Virus record (IMG/VR): IMGVR_UViG_3300023297_000003
DNA: 64,000 nt
Reading direction: 5' to 3' (one strand)
DNA from: a virus
Lineage: Duplodnaviria > Heunggongvirae > Uroviricota > Caudoviricetes
Shown here: positions 31,079-39,456 of the stretch, in pieces
Position numbering within the stretch: position 1 is the stretch's first letter
Layout of the letters: every line of letters starts with the position of its first letter
Program-made: the position numbers and the translations under genes
The notes under the pieces: model-generated
Database searches by the model: none
Told to the model about the DNA's origin: nothing
What the model saw: the letters and a program-made list of their open reading frames with translations, nothing else

Positions 31079-31782
31079 ACAAGTTCCGCAAAAGACTGGC
31101 CGAAATGGGGCTGGTGGAACCCGTATCCGAATGGTTCCTGGACTACGTGGCCCGTATGACACGGTACATGGAGGAAAATGACGGGAGGACACCCCCTCAG
31201 ACGTATGCCTGCGAAGATGGGTACAAGCTAGGGTCGAAAACCAACTCCATCCGAACTAGCTACCGCCGAGGAACTGGTCATAAGCTTACGTCCGAGATGA
31301 TTCGGATGCTCGATGACATTGGCTTCCCGTGGAACGGGAACGGGTGGTTCAAAGGTGTCCTTCGCCGTCTGATTGAGTACAAGGCGGAACACGGTCACTG
31401 CGCCCCCCCTGGCACGCATGTCCACCATGACGGATACAAGCTGGGGAAACGAGTACAAGTGATCCGTTCCGGAAGGAGGGGCATAGGTAGTCTCAAGGTC
31501 ACCTCCGAGATGGTCGAGCAGCTTGACGCTATAGGGTTTGTCTGGGACGCCTGCAACACTGGCAAATGGTGGCCAGAGTTCTACGCCCACATCAAAGCGG
31601 TGCTGGAAAAGTACCCCGTGGGCCACATCCCGAAGGACTACGTGTGCCCCGATGGGTACAAGTTGGGAGAAAAGGCGAGCCATGTTCGATGCGGGAGACG
31701 AGGCAAAGGTTTCCTCCAAGTGATCCCCGAGATGATCGCCAAACTTGATGCCCTCGGTTTCCTCTGGGTGGTTCCGAGATGA
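31075..31782 (+). CDS. Helicase-associated (HA) repeat protein, 3 repeats
   Basis: W....L.EY...HG...P..Y...DGY.LG......R......LD.IGF.W repeated three times. Confidence 0.85.
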   Translation: MNKFRKRLAEMGLVEPVSEWFLDYVARMTRYMEENDGRTPPQTYACEDGYKLGSKTNSIRTSYRRGTGHKLTSEMIRMLDDIGFPWNGNGWFKGVLRRLIEYKAEHGHCAPPGTHVHHDGYKLGKRVQVIRSGRRGIGSLKVTSEMVEQLDAIGFVWDACNTGKWWPEFYAHIKAVLEKYPVGHIPKDYVCPDGYKLGEKASHVRCGRRGKGFLQVIPEMIAKLDALGFLWVVPR

Positions 31783-32705
31783 ACAAGTTCCGGCAACGCC
31801 TCAGTGTGTTGGGTTATGTGCCTTCCTGGCCAGCTTGGTTTGACCTCTTCCTGGAGAAACTGAAGGAATACAAAAAGGAGCGTGGGCACTGTCAGGTGCC
31901 TAAATCCTACAAGTGTCCCGAGGACGGGTACCATCTGGGGGAACGGGTAATGGTTGTTCGGTCAGCTAAGAGAGGCAAAGGGAACGTCACACTGACCGAC
32001 GAGATGACCAAGGAACTCGACGCCATCGGTTTCGTATGGGATCCGAGGGAGTGGTTCCCTGAGTTCCTGGAGAAACTGAAGGAATACAAAAAGGAGCGTG
32101 GGCACTGTCAGGTGCCTAAATCCTACAAGTGTCCCGAGGACGGGTACAAGCTCGGGGGCAGAGTAGATAATGTCCGACAAGCTAAGAGAGACAAAGGGAG
32201 ACTCAAAATAGCCCCCGAAATGATCAAGGAACTCGACGCCATTGGGATCGTGTGGGATCCGAGGGAGTGGTTCCCTGAGTTCCTGGTGAGGCTGAGGGAA
32301 TACAAAAGGGAGCATGGCCACTGTCAGGTGCCGACGTCCTACAAGTGGCCCGAGGACGGATACCATCTGGGGGAACGGGTAAGGGGTGTTCGGTCAGCTA
32401 AGAGAGGCAAAGGGACGGTCATCCTGACCGACGAGATGACCAAGGAACTCGATGCCATCGGGTTCGTGTGGGATCCGAAGGAGTGGTTCCCTGAGTTCCT
32501 GGTGAGGCTGAAGGAATACAAAAAGGAGCACGGGGACTATCAGGTGCCCACATCCTACAAGTGTCCCGAGGACGGGTACAAGCTCGGGACACGGGTAAAG
32601 GGTGTCCGACAAGCTAAGAGAGGCATAGGCAGGATCAAAGTGACTCCCGAGATGATCAAGGAACTCGACGCCATCGGTTTCGTGTGGGAGGTCATCCGTG
32701 CGTAG
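31779..32705 (+). CDS. HA repeat protein, 4 near-identical repeats
   Basis: Four 72-aa HA units. Confidence 0.9.
   Translation: MNKFRQRLSVLGYVPSWPAWFDLFLEKLKEYKKERGHCQVPKSYKCPEDGYHLGERVMVVRSAKRGKGNVTLTDEMTKELDAIGFVWDPREWFPEFLEKLKEYKKERGHCQVPKSYKCPEDGYKLGGRVDNVRQAKRDKGRLKIAPEMIKELDAIGIVWDPREWFPEFLVRLREYKREHGHCQVPTSYKWPEDGYHLGERVRGVRSAKRGKGTVILTDEMTKELDAIGFVWDPKEWFPEFLVRLKEYKKEHGDYQVPTSYKCPEDGYKLGTRVKGVRQAKRGIGRIKVTPEMIKELDAIGFVWEVIRA
31836..32699 (+). repeat. Coding tandem repeat, 4 x 216 bp
   Basis: Units start at 31836, 32052, 32268 and 32484. Confidence 0.9.
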
Positions 32706-33702
32706 GAGGAGCAACAAATTCAGACTGCGGCTCGTTGAGCTTGGGCGGATGAAACCTTGGCCAGCGTGGTTCGATGAGTTCCACTCCCACCTTCAGACGT
32801 ACAAGGCGGAGCACGGGGATTGTGAAGTGCCCCACAACTACAAGTGTGAAGACGGGTACCGCTTAGGGAACAAGGTGGGGCGAATCCGTTCCGCAAGGAA
32901 GCGCCCATCAAACCGTGTGTTGACGGAGGAGATGAGTACTGCCCTCGATGCCATCGGTTTTGACTGGCTGGCTCCAAAAGATCGCTGGTTCCAAAAGTTC
33001 CGGGTTCGTCTGGTGGAATATATGACCGCTCACGACGGCCAAAACCCACCCGTTCCTTATGAGTGCCCCGATGGATACACCCTGGGTAAAACTGCCGCCG
33101 CTGTTCGGGCAGCGAAACGGGCAAGGGCACTGAATAAGAAGGCGTTCCGGCAACTCACGGATGAGATAATTGCTGACCTGGACGCACTTGGATTTGAATG
33201 GGAACCCTCGGAATGGTTCCCCGACTTTGTGCAGCGTTTGCGTGAATACAAGGCGGAACATGGGAACTGTTCGATCCCTGTCAAATTTGAATGTGCGGAT
33301 GGACACAAGTTAGGCCTGAGGGTCCAACGCATCCGAACGAGCATCCGCCGGTTGGAGGAGGGCAGCGATGAGTCGATGCCCCTCCAGGTCACCCCAGAGA
33401 TGGTCTTAAAACTGGATGCCCTCGGGTTCGAGCGGGACCGGAACCTGACGGGCAAATGGTTCCCCAAGTACCTCAGTCACCTGACGAAGTTCTACCGGGA
33501 GCACGGCGACAGCATGGTGCCCAGGGGATATTGCTGTCGGGATGGGTACAAGTTAGGGGCCATGACGAACAGCGTTAGAGAGGGCCGTAGGGACGCAACA
33601 GGTCGGAGGAAAATCACCCTGCCCATGGTTGCTGATCTAGCTGCCCTCGACTTTATGTGGGATGTTCGAATAACGGGATCATCTCGGCCACCTACAGAGT
33701 AG
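32698..33702 (+). CDS. HA repeat protein, 4 repeats
   Basis: NKFR leader plus four HA units. Confidence 0.85.
   Translation: MRRRSNKFRLRLVELGRMKPWPAWFDEFHSHLQTYKAEHGDCEVPHNYKCEDGYRLGNKVGRIRSARKRPSNRVLTEEMSTALDAIGFDWLAPKDRWFQKFRVRLVEYMTAHDGQNPPVPYECPDGYTLGKTAAAVRAAKRARALNKKAFRQLTDEIIADLDALGFEWEPSEWFPDFVQRLREYKAEHGNCSIPVKFECADGHKLGLRVQRIRTSIRRLEEGSDESMPLQVTPEMVLKLDALGFERDRNLTGKWFPKYLSHLTKFYREHGDSMVPRGYCCRDGYKLGAMTNSVREGRRDATGRRKITLPMVADLAALDFMWDVRITGSSRPPTE
33675..33702 (+). promoter_or_regulatory. Promoter-like motif GGGATCATCT-N12-GAGTAG
   Basis: Exact motif; its TAG is the stop codon of the upstream gene. Confidence 0.8.
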
Positions 33703-33721
33703 TCTTGGTAGGAGGTCGTCC

Positions 33722-34607
33722 GTGGGCAAAAGGAACAACAAATTCCGTGAACGTCTCGCCAAGCTTGGGCTGATGAAACCTTGGCCAGCGTGGTTCGATG
33801 TGTTCCTGGCACATCTGAAGGCGTACAAGGAAGAACACGGGGACTGTAAGGTGCCGCAGCTTTACAAGTGTACTGACGGGTACACATTGGGGAACAGGGT
33901 CGGGGACATTCGCAGGTTTCGACAAGGGAAAAGTGTTCGGACAGTGACTCCCTCAATGGTGCCTGTACTGGATCAACTCGGTTTCCTTTGGGAGATCCCC
34001 TGTTGGTTCGACGAGTTCCTCCGGCGTCTGAAGGACTATAAAGCCGAGTACGGCCATTGTCAGGTGCCCACCCAGTACAGATGTCAGGACGGGTATAGAC
34101 TTGGCCCAAAAGTGAATGCTGTTCGGACAGGCAAAAGGCACAAAGTGGGCGTCCAAATCACCCCGAGCAGGGCGGAGAAACTTGAGCAACTAGGTTTCCT
34201 GTGGGATGTCCCGACAGAGTGGTTCCCGGAGTTCCTGGAACATTTGAAGGCGTACAAGGCCGTGCATGGCCGTTGTCAGGTGCGTGGCACCTATGTATGC
34301 GATGATGGCTACAAACTAGGCCATCACACAGCGGGGGTACGAAATCACCGGGTCTTGACCCCCACTATGCGGAGCCAACTCGGTGCTCTCGGCTTTGTCT
34401 GGGACGCCACCACGAAAGGGCAGTGGTGGCCGGAGTTCCTTTGTCACCTCAGAGAGTACATGGACGCACACGGGGGACAGACACCCCCCCAAAAATACGT
34501 CTGCCCCGGCGGATGGCCGTAAACTGACACCCACTCAGATCAACCAGATTGATGTCCTCGGTTTCGTTTGGGATCTCCGCAATCAGAAGAAGGACAACAC
34601 CCCATGA
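33722..34607 (+). CDS. HA repeat protein, 3 repeats plus a broken 4th (in-frame stop at 34522; tail continues in another frame to 34607)
   Basis: CPGGWP* then RKLTPTQINQIDVLGFVW in a shifted frame. Confidence 0.75.
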
Positions 34608-35257
34608 CCACCCCGCAGGCTGACATCCATTCCTTCCCCCCTGAACAACACCCGGAGAAGCACAAGACCAGGACCACGACCCTCGACCTCCTCCGTGACC
34701 CAGAGTGCCCCACGAACCTCTTCTACGACGGGCACCTGACCAGGGACTGGATGGAGTTGTGCGGTGATGCCCCTGACGCTACCTGTGGCCTCCTCCTGGA
34801 CGAAGGCGTCCTTGCCCCCGACCATGGCCGATACATCGGCGTCAACACCAACCAGGGGATCCTTGACCGCAACGCCACCCACTACAACGACGACCGCACC
34901 GAGTGGCGTTGCGGCGACATGTCCCGGCTCCTCCTGGACCTGGACGACCCGACCCTCCGCAACATCGGCGTCCTCGTGTTCGACGGGTTTCGCAGTCCCA
35001 GCAACCTCCACCTGGAGAGCATCCTCCTTCCGATGTTCGCCTTTGCCCAGTCCCAACAGCAGCGCCTGGGACAATTCCTCCTGGTCATCAACCTAGCCCT
35101 CCGGGGCAACGCCAGCGCTCCCTTGGAAAAGGCGAAGCGGCAGTTCGAGGCCATCGTCCACAAACACTGCGGCGTCCAGGTGCCGAAGCAAGCGTTCACT
35201 ACGTACCGCAGCCGAGTCATTCCGATGCAACTCCTCCGCCTTTCCTACGGCTGGTAG
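34604..35257 (+). CDS. Rossmann-fold methyltransferase-like protein
   Basis: MELCG..., YIGVN....L..N, WRCGDM, GVLVFDGF resemble class I MTase motifs I/II/III/IV; divergent. Confidence 0.45.
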   Translation: MTTPQADIHSFPPEQHPEKHKTRTTTLDLLRDPECPTNLFYDGHLTRDWMELCGDAPDATCGLLLDEGVLAPDHGRYIGVNTNQGILDRNATHYNDDRTEWRCGDMSRLLLDLDDPTLRNIGVLVFDGFRSPSNLHLESILLPMFAFAQSQQQRLGQFLLVINLALRGNASAPLEKAKRQFEAIVHKHCGVQVPKQAFTTYRSRVIPMQLLRLSYGW

Positions 35258-35267
35258 GAGGTCGTCC

Positions 35268-35987
35268 GTGGGCAGGAGTAACAGCAACAAATTCCGTAAA
35301 CGCCTCACTGAGCTTGGGCGGATAAAACCTTGGCCAGCGTGGTTCGATGTGTTCCTGGGGGAAATCAAAGCCTATCAGAAATGTCATGGACATTGCCGAG
35401 TGCCGCAGTCCTACCTGTGTGACGACGGGTACAGGTTGGGTGCCCGTGTAAGTAGTGTCCGGCATAACAAGTCCAGACACCTTCCCGAAATGATCGCTGA
35501 ACTTGATGCCCTGAAGTTCGTTTGGGTTGTGTGCGAATGGTTCCCTGAATTCCTGTCCCACATGAAGGAGTACAAAAAGACCCACGGGCACTGCCGTGTC
35601 CCAAAGTCCTACAAATGTCCCGATGGTTACGCCCTTGGGATGAGGGTATCTGATGTCCGGACAAGAAAAAAGGACAAGAAACGTGTAAGCCCTACCTCAG
35701 AGATGATAGCGGCGCTGGACCTTCTTGGGTTCGTCTGGAATGGGAACGAGTGGTTTCCCCAATTCCTGAAGAGGCTGAAGGAGTACCATGCCAAATTCGG
35801 GGACTATTCTCCGGCGCAATCCTACAAATGCCCCGATGGCTACCAACTCGGTGTTCGAACAAACAGTATTCGTTCATCCCGTAATGGTGGGGGTCAGGTC
35901 AAGGTGACTCCCGAAATGGTCACCGAACTGGACGCTCTGGGTTTTGTCTGGAGTCTCAGGGGATCATCCAAGCCCACCCCTGAGTAG
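35268..35987 (+). CDS. HA repeat protein, 3 repeats
   Basis: NKFR leader plus three HA units. Confidence 0.85.
   Translation: MGRSNSNKFRKRLTELGRIKPWPAWFDVFLGEIKAYQKCHGHCRVPQSYLCDDGYRLGARVSSVRHNKSRHLPEMIAELDALKFVWVVCEWFPEFLSHMKEYKKTHGHCRVPKSYKCPDGYALGMRVSDVRTRKKDKKRVSPTSEMIAALDLLGFVWNGNEWFPQFLKRLKEYHAKFGDYSPAQSYKCPDGYQLGVRTNSIRSSRNGGGQVKVTPEMVTELDALGFVWSLRGSSKPTPE
35960..35987 (+). promoter_or_regulatory. Promoter-like motif GGGATCATCC-N12-GAGTAG
   Basis: Motif match; its TAG is the stop codon of the upstream gene. Confidence 0.75.
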
Positions 35988-36010
35988 TCTCCAGTACAAG
36001 GAGGACGAAC

Positions 36011-36346
36011 ATGAAGAACAAGACACCTGAGACGCCCTGGTTCCCCGAGTTCCTGAGTCGCCTGACGGCCTACCGAAAGGCACACGGTCACTGTGTGGTG
36101 CAACGCCTTGGGAGGACGAACAGGACATCCGAGAAGCCCTGGCTCCCCAACTTCCTTTCCCACCTGACGGCGTTCAAGCGGGCGCACGGCCACTGTGCCG
36201 TGCCCCACAACTACGTCAGCCCGGACGGCTACAAGCTGGGAAGCCGTGTCGGAACGGTCCAGGAGGGGCAGCACAAGGTCAGGATGACCCCGGAAAGGAT
36301 CGCCCAGTTGAACGCTCTCGGATTCACCTGGGACACCAAGGAGTGA
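36011..36346 (+). CDS. HA repeat protein, 1.5 repeats
   Basis: Half repeat followed by a full repeat; the 5' leader is duplicated internally. Confidence 0.8.
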   Translation: MKNKTPETPWFPEFLSRLTAYRKAHGHCVVQRLGRTNRTSEKPWLPNFLSHLTAFKRAHGHCAVPHNYVSPDGYKLGSRVGTVQEGQHKVRMTPERIAQLNALGFTWDTKE

Positions 36347-36969
36347 AAATGGAACACAAAACACCACTCGAACTCGTTCAGCGTATCGTTGCACACCACG
36401 GACCGATCCTCGGGAAGCAGGTCGTGTCCCTGTGCGCCAGCGTGGGCTACACCAACAAGCGCTCCACGGGAGCGGTCCTGTTCAACGCCCGCAGAGCGAA
36501 GACCCTGACCAAGGACGCCCATGGCCGATGGACCTGTCCTAAGTCGAAAACGACTGGACAAGCCTGACACGACAGAGGTATCCTTCAGCAATGGACACGA
36601 GGAACCACATCGATAGTGCCTTCATATCCGAGCGGGTGACGCCCGCTGGAGGAGGATGCTATGGACCGTGGAACCCGCCGCCAGAGGACAGCAAATGTCA
36701 TCCGTTCACGTCTTGAAATCTACAGCGCTCCCGAGGATGTGGAGCCACATCGGTACGCCAAGACCCCATCGTTAGCCTGCCACTGCCGCAAGCGCACTTT
36801 CGGTCGTCCTCGTATGAGCCGGGGCATCTGTGACATCGGGTGCCGTGACCGGATCTATCGGTGGCGACGAGAAACACGAGAGTTTAGGACATGGGCACGA
36901 TGCCAGGGTGTGGATTGGGAGGACGACAGCGTCACCCTGATCTTTGTCCCCCGGAACAAGTGGGTGTGA
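36343..36969 (+). other. Two small hypothetical ORFs (36343-36567, 36661-36969)
   Basis: RBSs; co-oriented. Confidence 0.6.
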
Positions 36970-37025
36970 AAGTCCTTGCCGGTCAGAGATCGTCGTGTAG
37001 AGTGGGGCTGTCAGAGGAGGACGTT

Positions 37026-38141
37026 ATGCCCAAAAGACTCACGTTGGATGACGCAGACATTGTTCGTCGGTACCAAGCGGGGGAACTGGAGTTGCACATT
37101 GCTAAGGCACTAGGTGTTTCAGCACCTGTGATTCATCGACGGTTGGCTAAAGCAGATGTTTCTTTCCGCACCCACAGTGAGGCTGCAACAATCGCTCAAG
37201 GCAAACGAGATGCAAAAACAACGGAAAGCCTTCCCGCTGAGTATCTGTCAGGACGTTCTGTCTCTGAGTTAGCGAAGGCAACGGGTTTCAGTCGCAACTG
37301 GGTGCGTATCCGTTTAGAGCGGGCTGGTGTTCCTCTACGGGGGGTACAGGAGGCACATACTCTGATTTGTCACAAGACCTTCCCTACCACAGAGGAGTCC
37401 CTTGAATTAATCGATGGTTTACTTCTTGGTGACGCCTGGTTGGAAAAAACAGGTGGCAGTGAGGGTCGTCTGGGACTAGCACAAAGAGCAGACCGAAAGG
37501 AATGGCTTGAACAGGTTCAAAGGGAACTTAGGGCCGGGGGTGTTAAAAGCAACATAAAACCACGTCCGGCAAGAATCGGTCACATTGGGAAACAGGTTCT
37601 CCGAGGTAACCCGAGTTTACAGTTAAGGACACTGAAATACAAAACATTTACGGACCAGCGCCTCCGTTGGTACCCAAAGGGTAAAAAAATTATTCCTCTG
37701 GACATCCGGCTAACCCCCCGAGCGTTAGCGCATTGGTACTGGGGTGATGGTGGGCTGATTAATACAGGGTATGGGGTAGCCTTTTGCACGGACGGTTTCA
37801 CCTGGGAGGATGTCGAGTTTCTAGCCTCTAGACTGCGGCTACTTTATGGTTGGTCTCCTCGTGTGCAGAGCCACAGAGGGAATCCTAGACTGGTCCTAAG
37901 CCAACGAAAACACCGACTGGAACTGGTGGCCCTAACGGAACCTTTTTGTCCTGATTGCTTCCGATACAAGCTTCAGGTGAGGGGTAAAGCTCCCGCAAAA
38001 ATTGATCAAGTCGAAAAGGAACTCCGTCAACTGAGGGGGCAAGGCTGGACACAAAAACGCATTGCGGAACATTTTCAAATGACCCCGGCATGGGCTGGGT
38101 GGGCCTGCCGACGACTAGGGCTAGAGAAGGAGTCAAACTAA
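37026..38141 (+). CDS. Free-standing LAGLIDADG homing endonuclease with HTH segments
   Basis: IDGLLLGDAW and LAHWYWGDGG; FCTDGF; N- and C-terminal HTH-like segments; own GAGGAGG RBS. Confidence 0.88.
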   Translation: MPKRLTLDDADIVRRYQAGELELHIAKALGVSAPVIHRRLAKADVSFRTHSEAATIAQGKRDAKTTESLPAEYLSGRSVSELAKATGFSRNWVRIRLERAGVPLRGVQEAHTLICHKTFPTTEESLELIDGLLLGDAWLEKTGGSEGRLGLAQRADRKEWLEQVQRELRAGGVKSNIKPRPARIGHIGKQVLRGNPSLQLRTLKYKTFTDQRLRWYPKGKKIIPLDIRLTPRALAHWYWGDGGLINTGYGVAFCTDGFTWEDVEFLASRLRLLYGWSPRVQSHRGNPRLVLSQRKHRLELVALTEPFCPDCFRYKLQVRGKAPAKIDQVEKELRQLRGQGWTQKRIAEHFQMTPAWAGWACRRLGLEKESN

Positions 38142-38825
38142 TGGAAACTGTCATAATAGAAATAAGAGCAGGTGAGGGAGGTCGGGATGCCTCCTTATTG
38201 GTTCATGAACAGTACGGTGTTTATGTGCGATGGGCACAGAGGAGGTCCCTTTGACGTGGTGTTGCTGGAGGACCGTCCCGGTTTCCTTGCCTTCCAGGCG
38301 GTCGGGAAGGGGGCTGTAAGGGCTTTTCGGCATGAAGCCGGTGGTATGAGATGGCAGCGGGTACCCCCCACGGAGAAACGGGGCAGGACACACACGTCAA
38401 CAGTTACTATCGCTATACTCTCTCTCGTGGACGAGCAGACCGTCAAACTGAACGAGCGAGACCTGGAGTGGCAGGCGACCCGTGGCTCAGGTCCTGGAGG
38501 CCAACATCGGAATAAAACCTCGTCTGCAGTAATCCTCACACACAAACCCACGGGTCTGGTTGTCCGAGTAGAGAACGAACGATCACAGTACCGGAATTTA
38601 CAAACGGCGAAGGCAATCCTGTCTGCCCGATTACAGGAGGCAGAGGCATCCTCTCAGTTGGACCAACGTAACCAGCAACGGAAAGCTCAGGTGGGGAGAG
38701 GCATGATGTCCGACAAGGTACGAACTATCGCTCTCCAGAGGGATCAGGTCACAGATCATCGACTGGGGAAACGTATCTCAGCCGTGAAGTATCTGAGGGG
38801 TGAGTTGGACAAACTGGTGGGCTAG
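38141..38825 (+). CDS. Short RF1-type peptide chain release factor, predicted to need a +1 frameshift (join 38141-38251, 38253-38825; about 227 aa)
   Basis: 0 frame METVIIEIRAGEGGRDA...; +1 frame RWQRVPPTEKRGRTHTST, GSGPGGQHRNKTSSAV, QVTDHRLG. Confidence 0.88.
38240..38255 (+). promoter_or_regulatory. prfB-type +1 programmed frameshift cassette AGGAGG-TCC-CTT-TGA-C
   Basis: Internal SD, 3-nt spacer and CTT TGA C match the architecture of the RF2 site. Confidence 0.85.
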
Positions 38826-39169
38826 TTGGATGCGACCTCGGGGAGTACGTCCACCGGGGTGTGCGTTTCCTCCAGGTTGTCGTACATCGGAGGCGCATCC
38901 CCAACGGCGTCCATTGGGGTGTGCTCGTCCTGGATCACGTCCACCGGGGTGGGCATCTCTTCCAGAAGGGTGTCTTCGGTGGGGACGGTGTCCAGGGCTG
39001 CGACAGTCTCGACGGTTCCGTCCGTCAGGGGCACGTCGCCCTCGATGAGGTCTGCCAGGGTGTCCTCGGCAACAGTCACGTCCTCGGCATTCTCTTCCGT
39101 GGTGTTACAGGACAAGACGAATGCTGCCGCCAAGATCAGTGTCAACAGTGCAATCAGAATCCTTTTCAT
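38822..39169 (-). CDS. Acidic lipoprotein with short xTP(V/M)D repeats
   Basis: MKR + hydrophobic stretch + VLSC lipobox. Confidence 0.75.
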   Translation of the reverse strand: MKRILIALLTLILAAAFVLSCNTTEENAEDVTVAEDTLADLIEGDVPLTDGTVETVAALDTVPTEDTLLEEMPTPVDVIQDEHTPMDAVGDAPPMYDNLEETHTPVDVLPEVASN

Positions 39170-39456
39170 GTCTTTCTCCTTTGCCCACTTTCGCTGTGGG
39201 AGTCAATGCTGTGGGATGTCAGATAGGCGTTCTACCGAGGAGAGGCTATTTGAGTTCGATGTAGGCGTGAATCCAGGACTTTTCTTCGCCCCCGAACTGG
39301 ACCTCTTTGATGTGCTTCCGGTAGGACTTCAACAATGGGTCCAGCTTCTTACGGAAGCGACTGATTTCTTCGCCCACCATCTCGTCGTATTTGTACTCTC
39401 CGACATCGCTGGCCCCCCCTTCGGGAGGTCACTACGGTACCATTCCTTAAAACCTG

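Noticed and set aside
29276-31192. Long antisense ORFs (also 18020-18787, 23163-23819, 27937-28596, 48076-48825)
   Set aside because: Shadows of GC-rich real genes on the opposite strand; no RBS or recognisable motifs.
31836-32699. CRISPR array or DGR template
   Set aside because: Units are 216-bp in-frame coding repeats with no unique spacers; there is no RT gene and the differences are not adenine-specific.
36970-38141. Group I intron or intein carrying the LAGLIDADG
   Set aside because: The ORF has its own RBS, start and stop; no interrupted host gene, splice motifs or room for intron core structure were seen.
38172-38825. Release factor starting at the ORF-track GTG (MREVGMPP...)
   Set aside because: The conserved EIRAGxGG N-terminus is in the other frame from ATG 38141; the track's N-terminal residues are not RF-like.
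38141-38825. PrfH-RtcB ribosome rescue module
   Set aside because: The tripeptide is PPT (RF1-type) and no rtcB is adjacent or in the window; a rescue role is still possible.
39230-39450. Gene remnant interrupted by the second-family TnpB
   Set aside because: Only a 44-codon minus-strand ORF; no matching 5' half could be identified on the other side.
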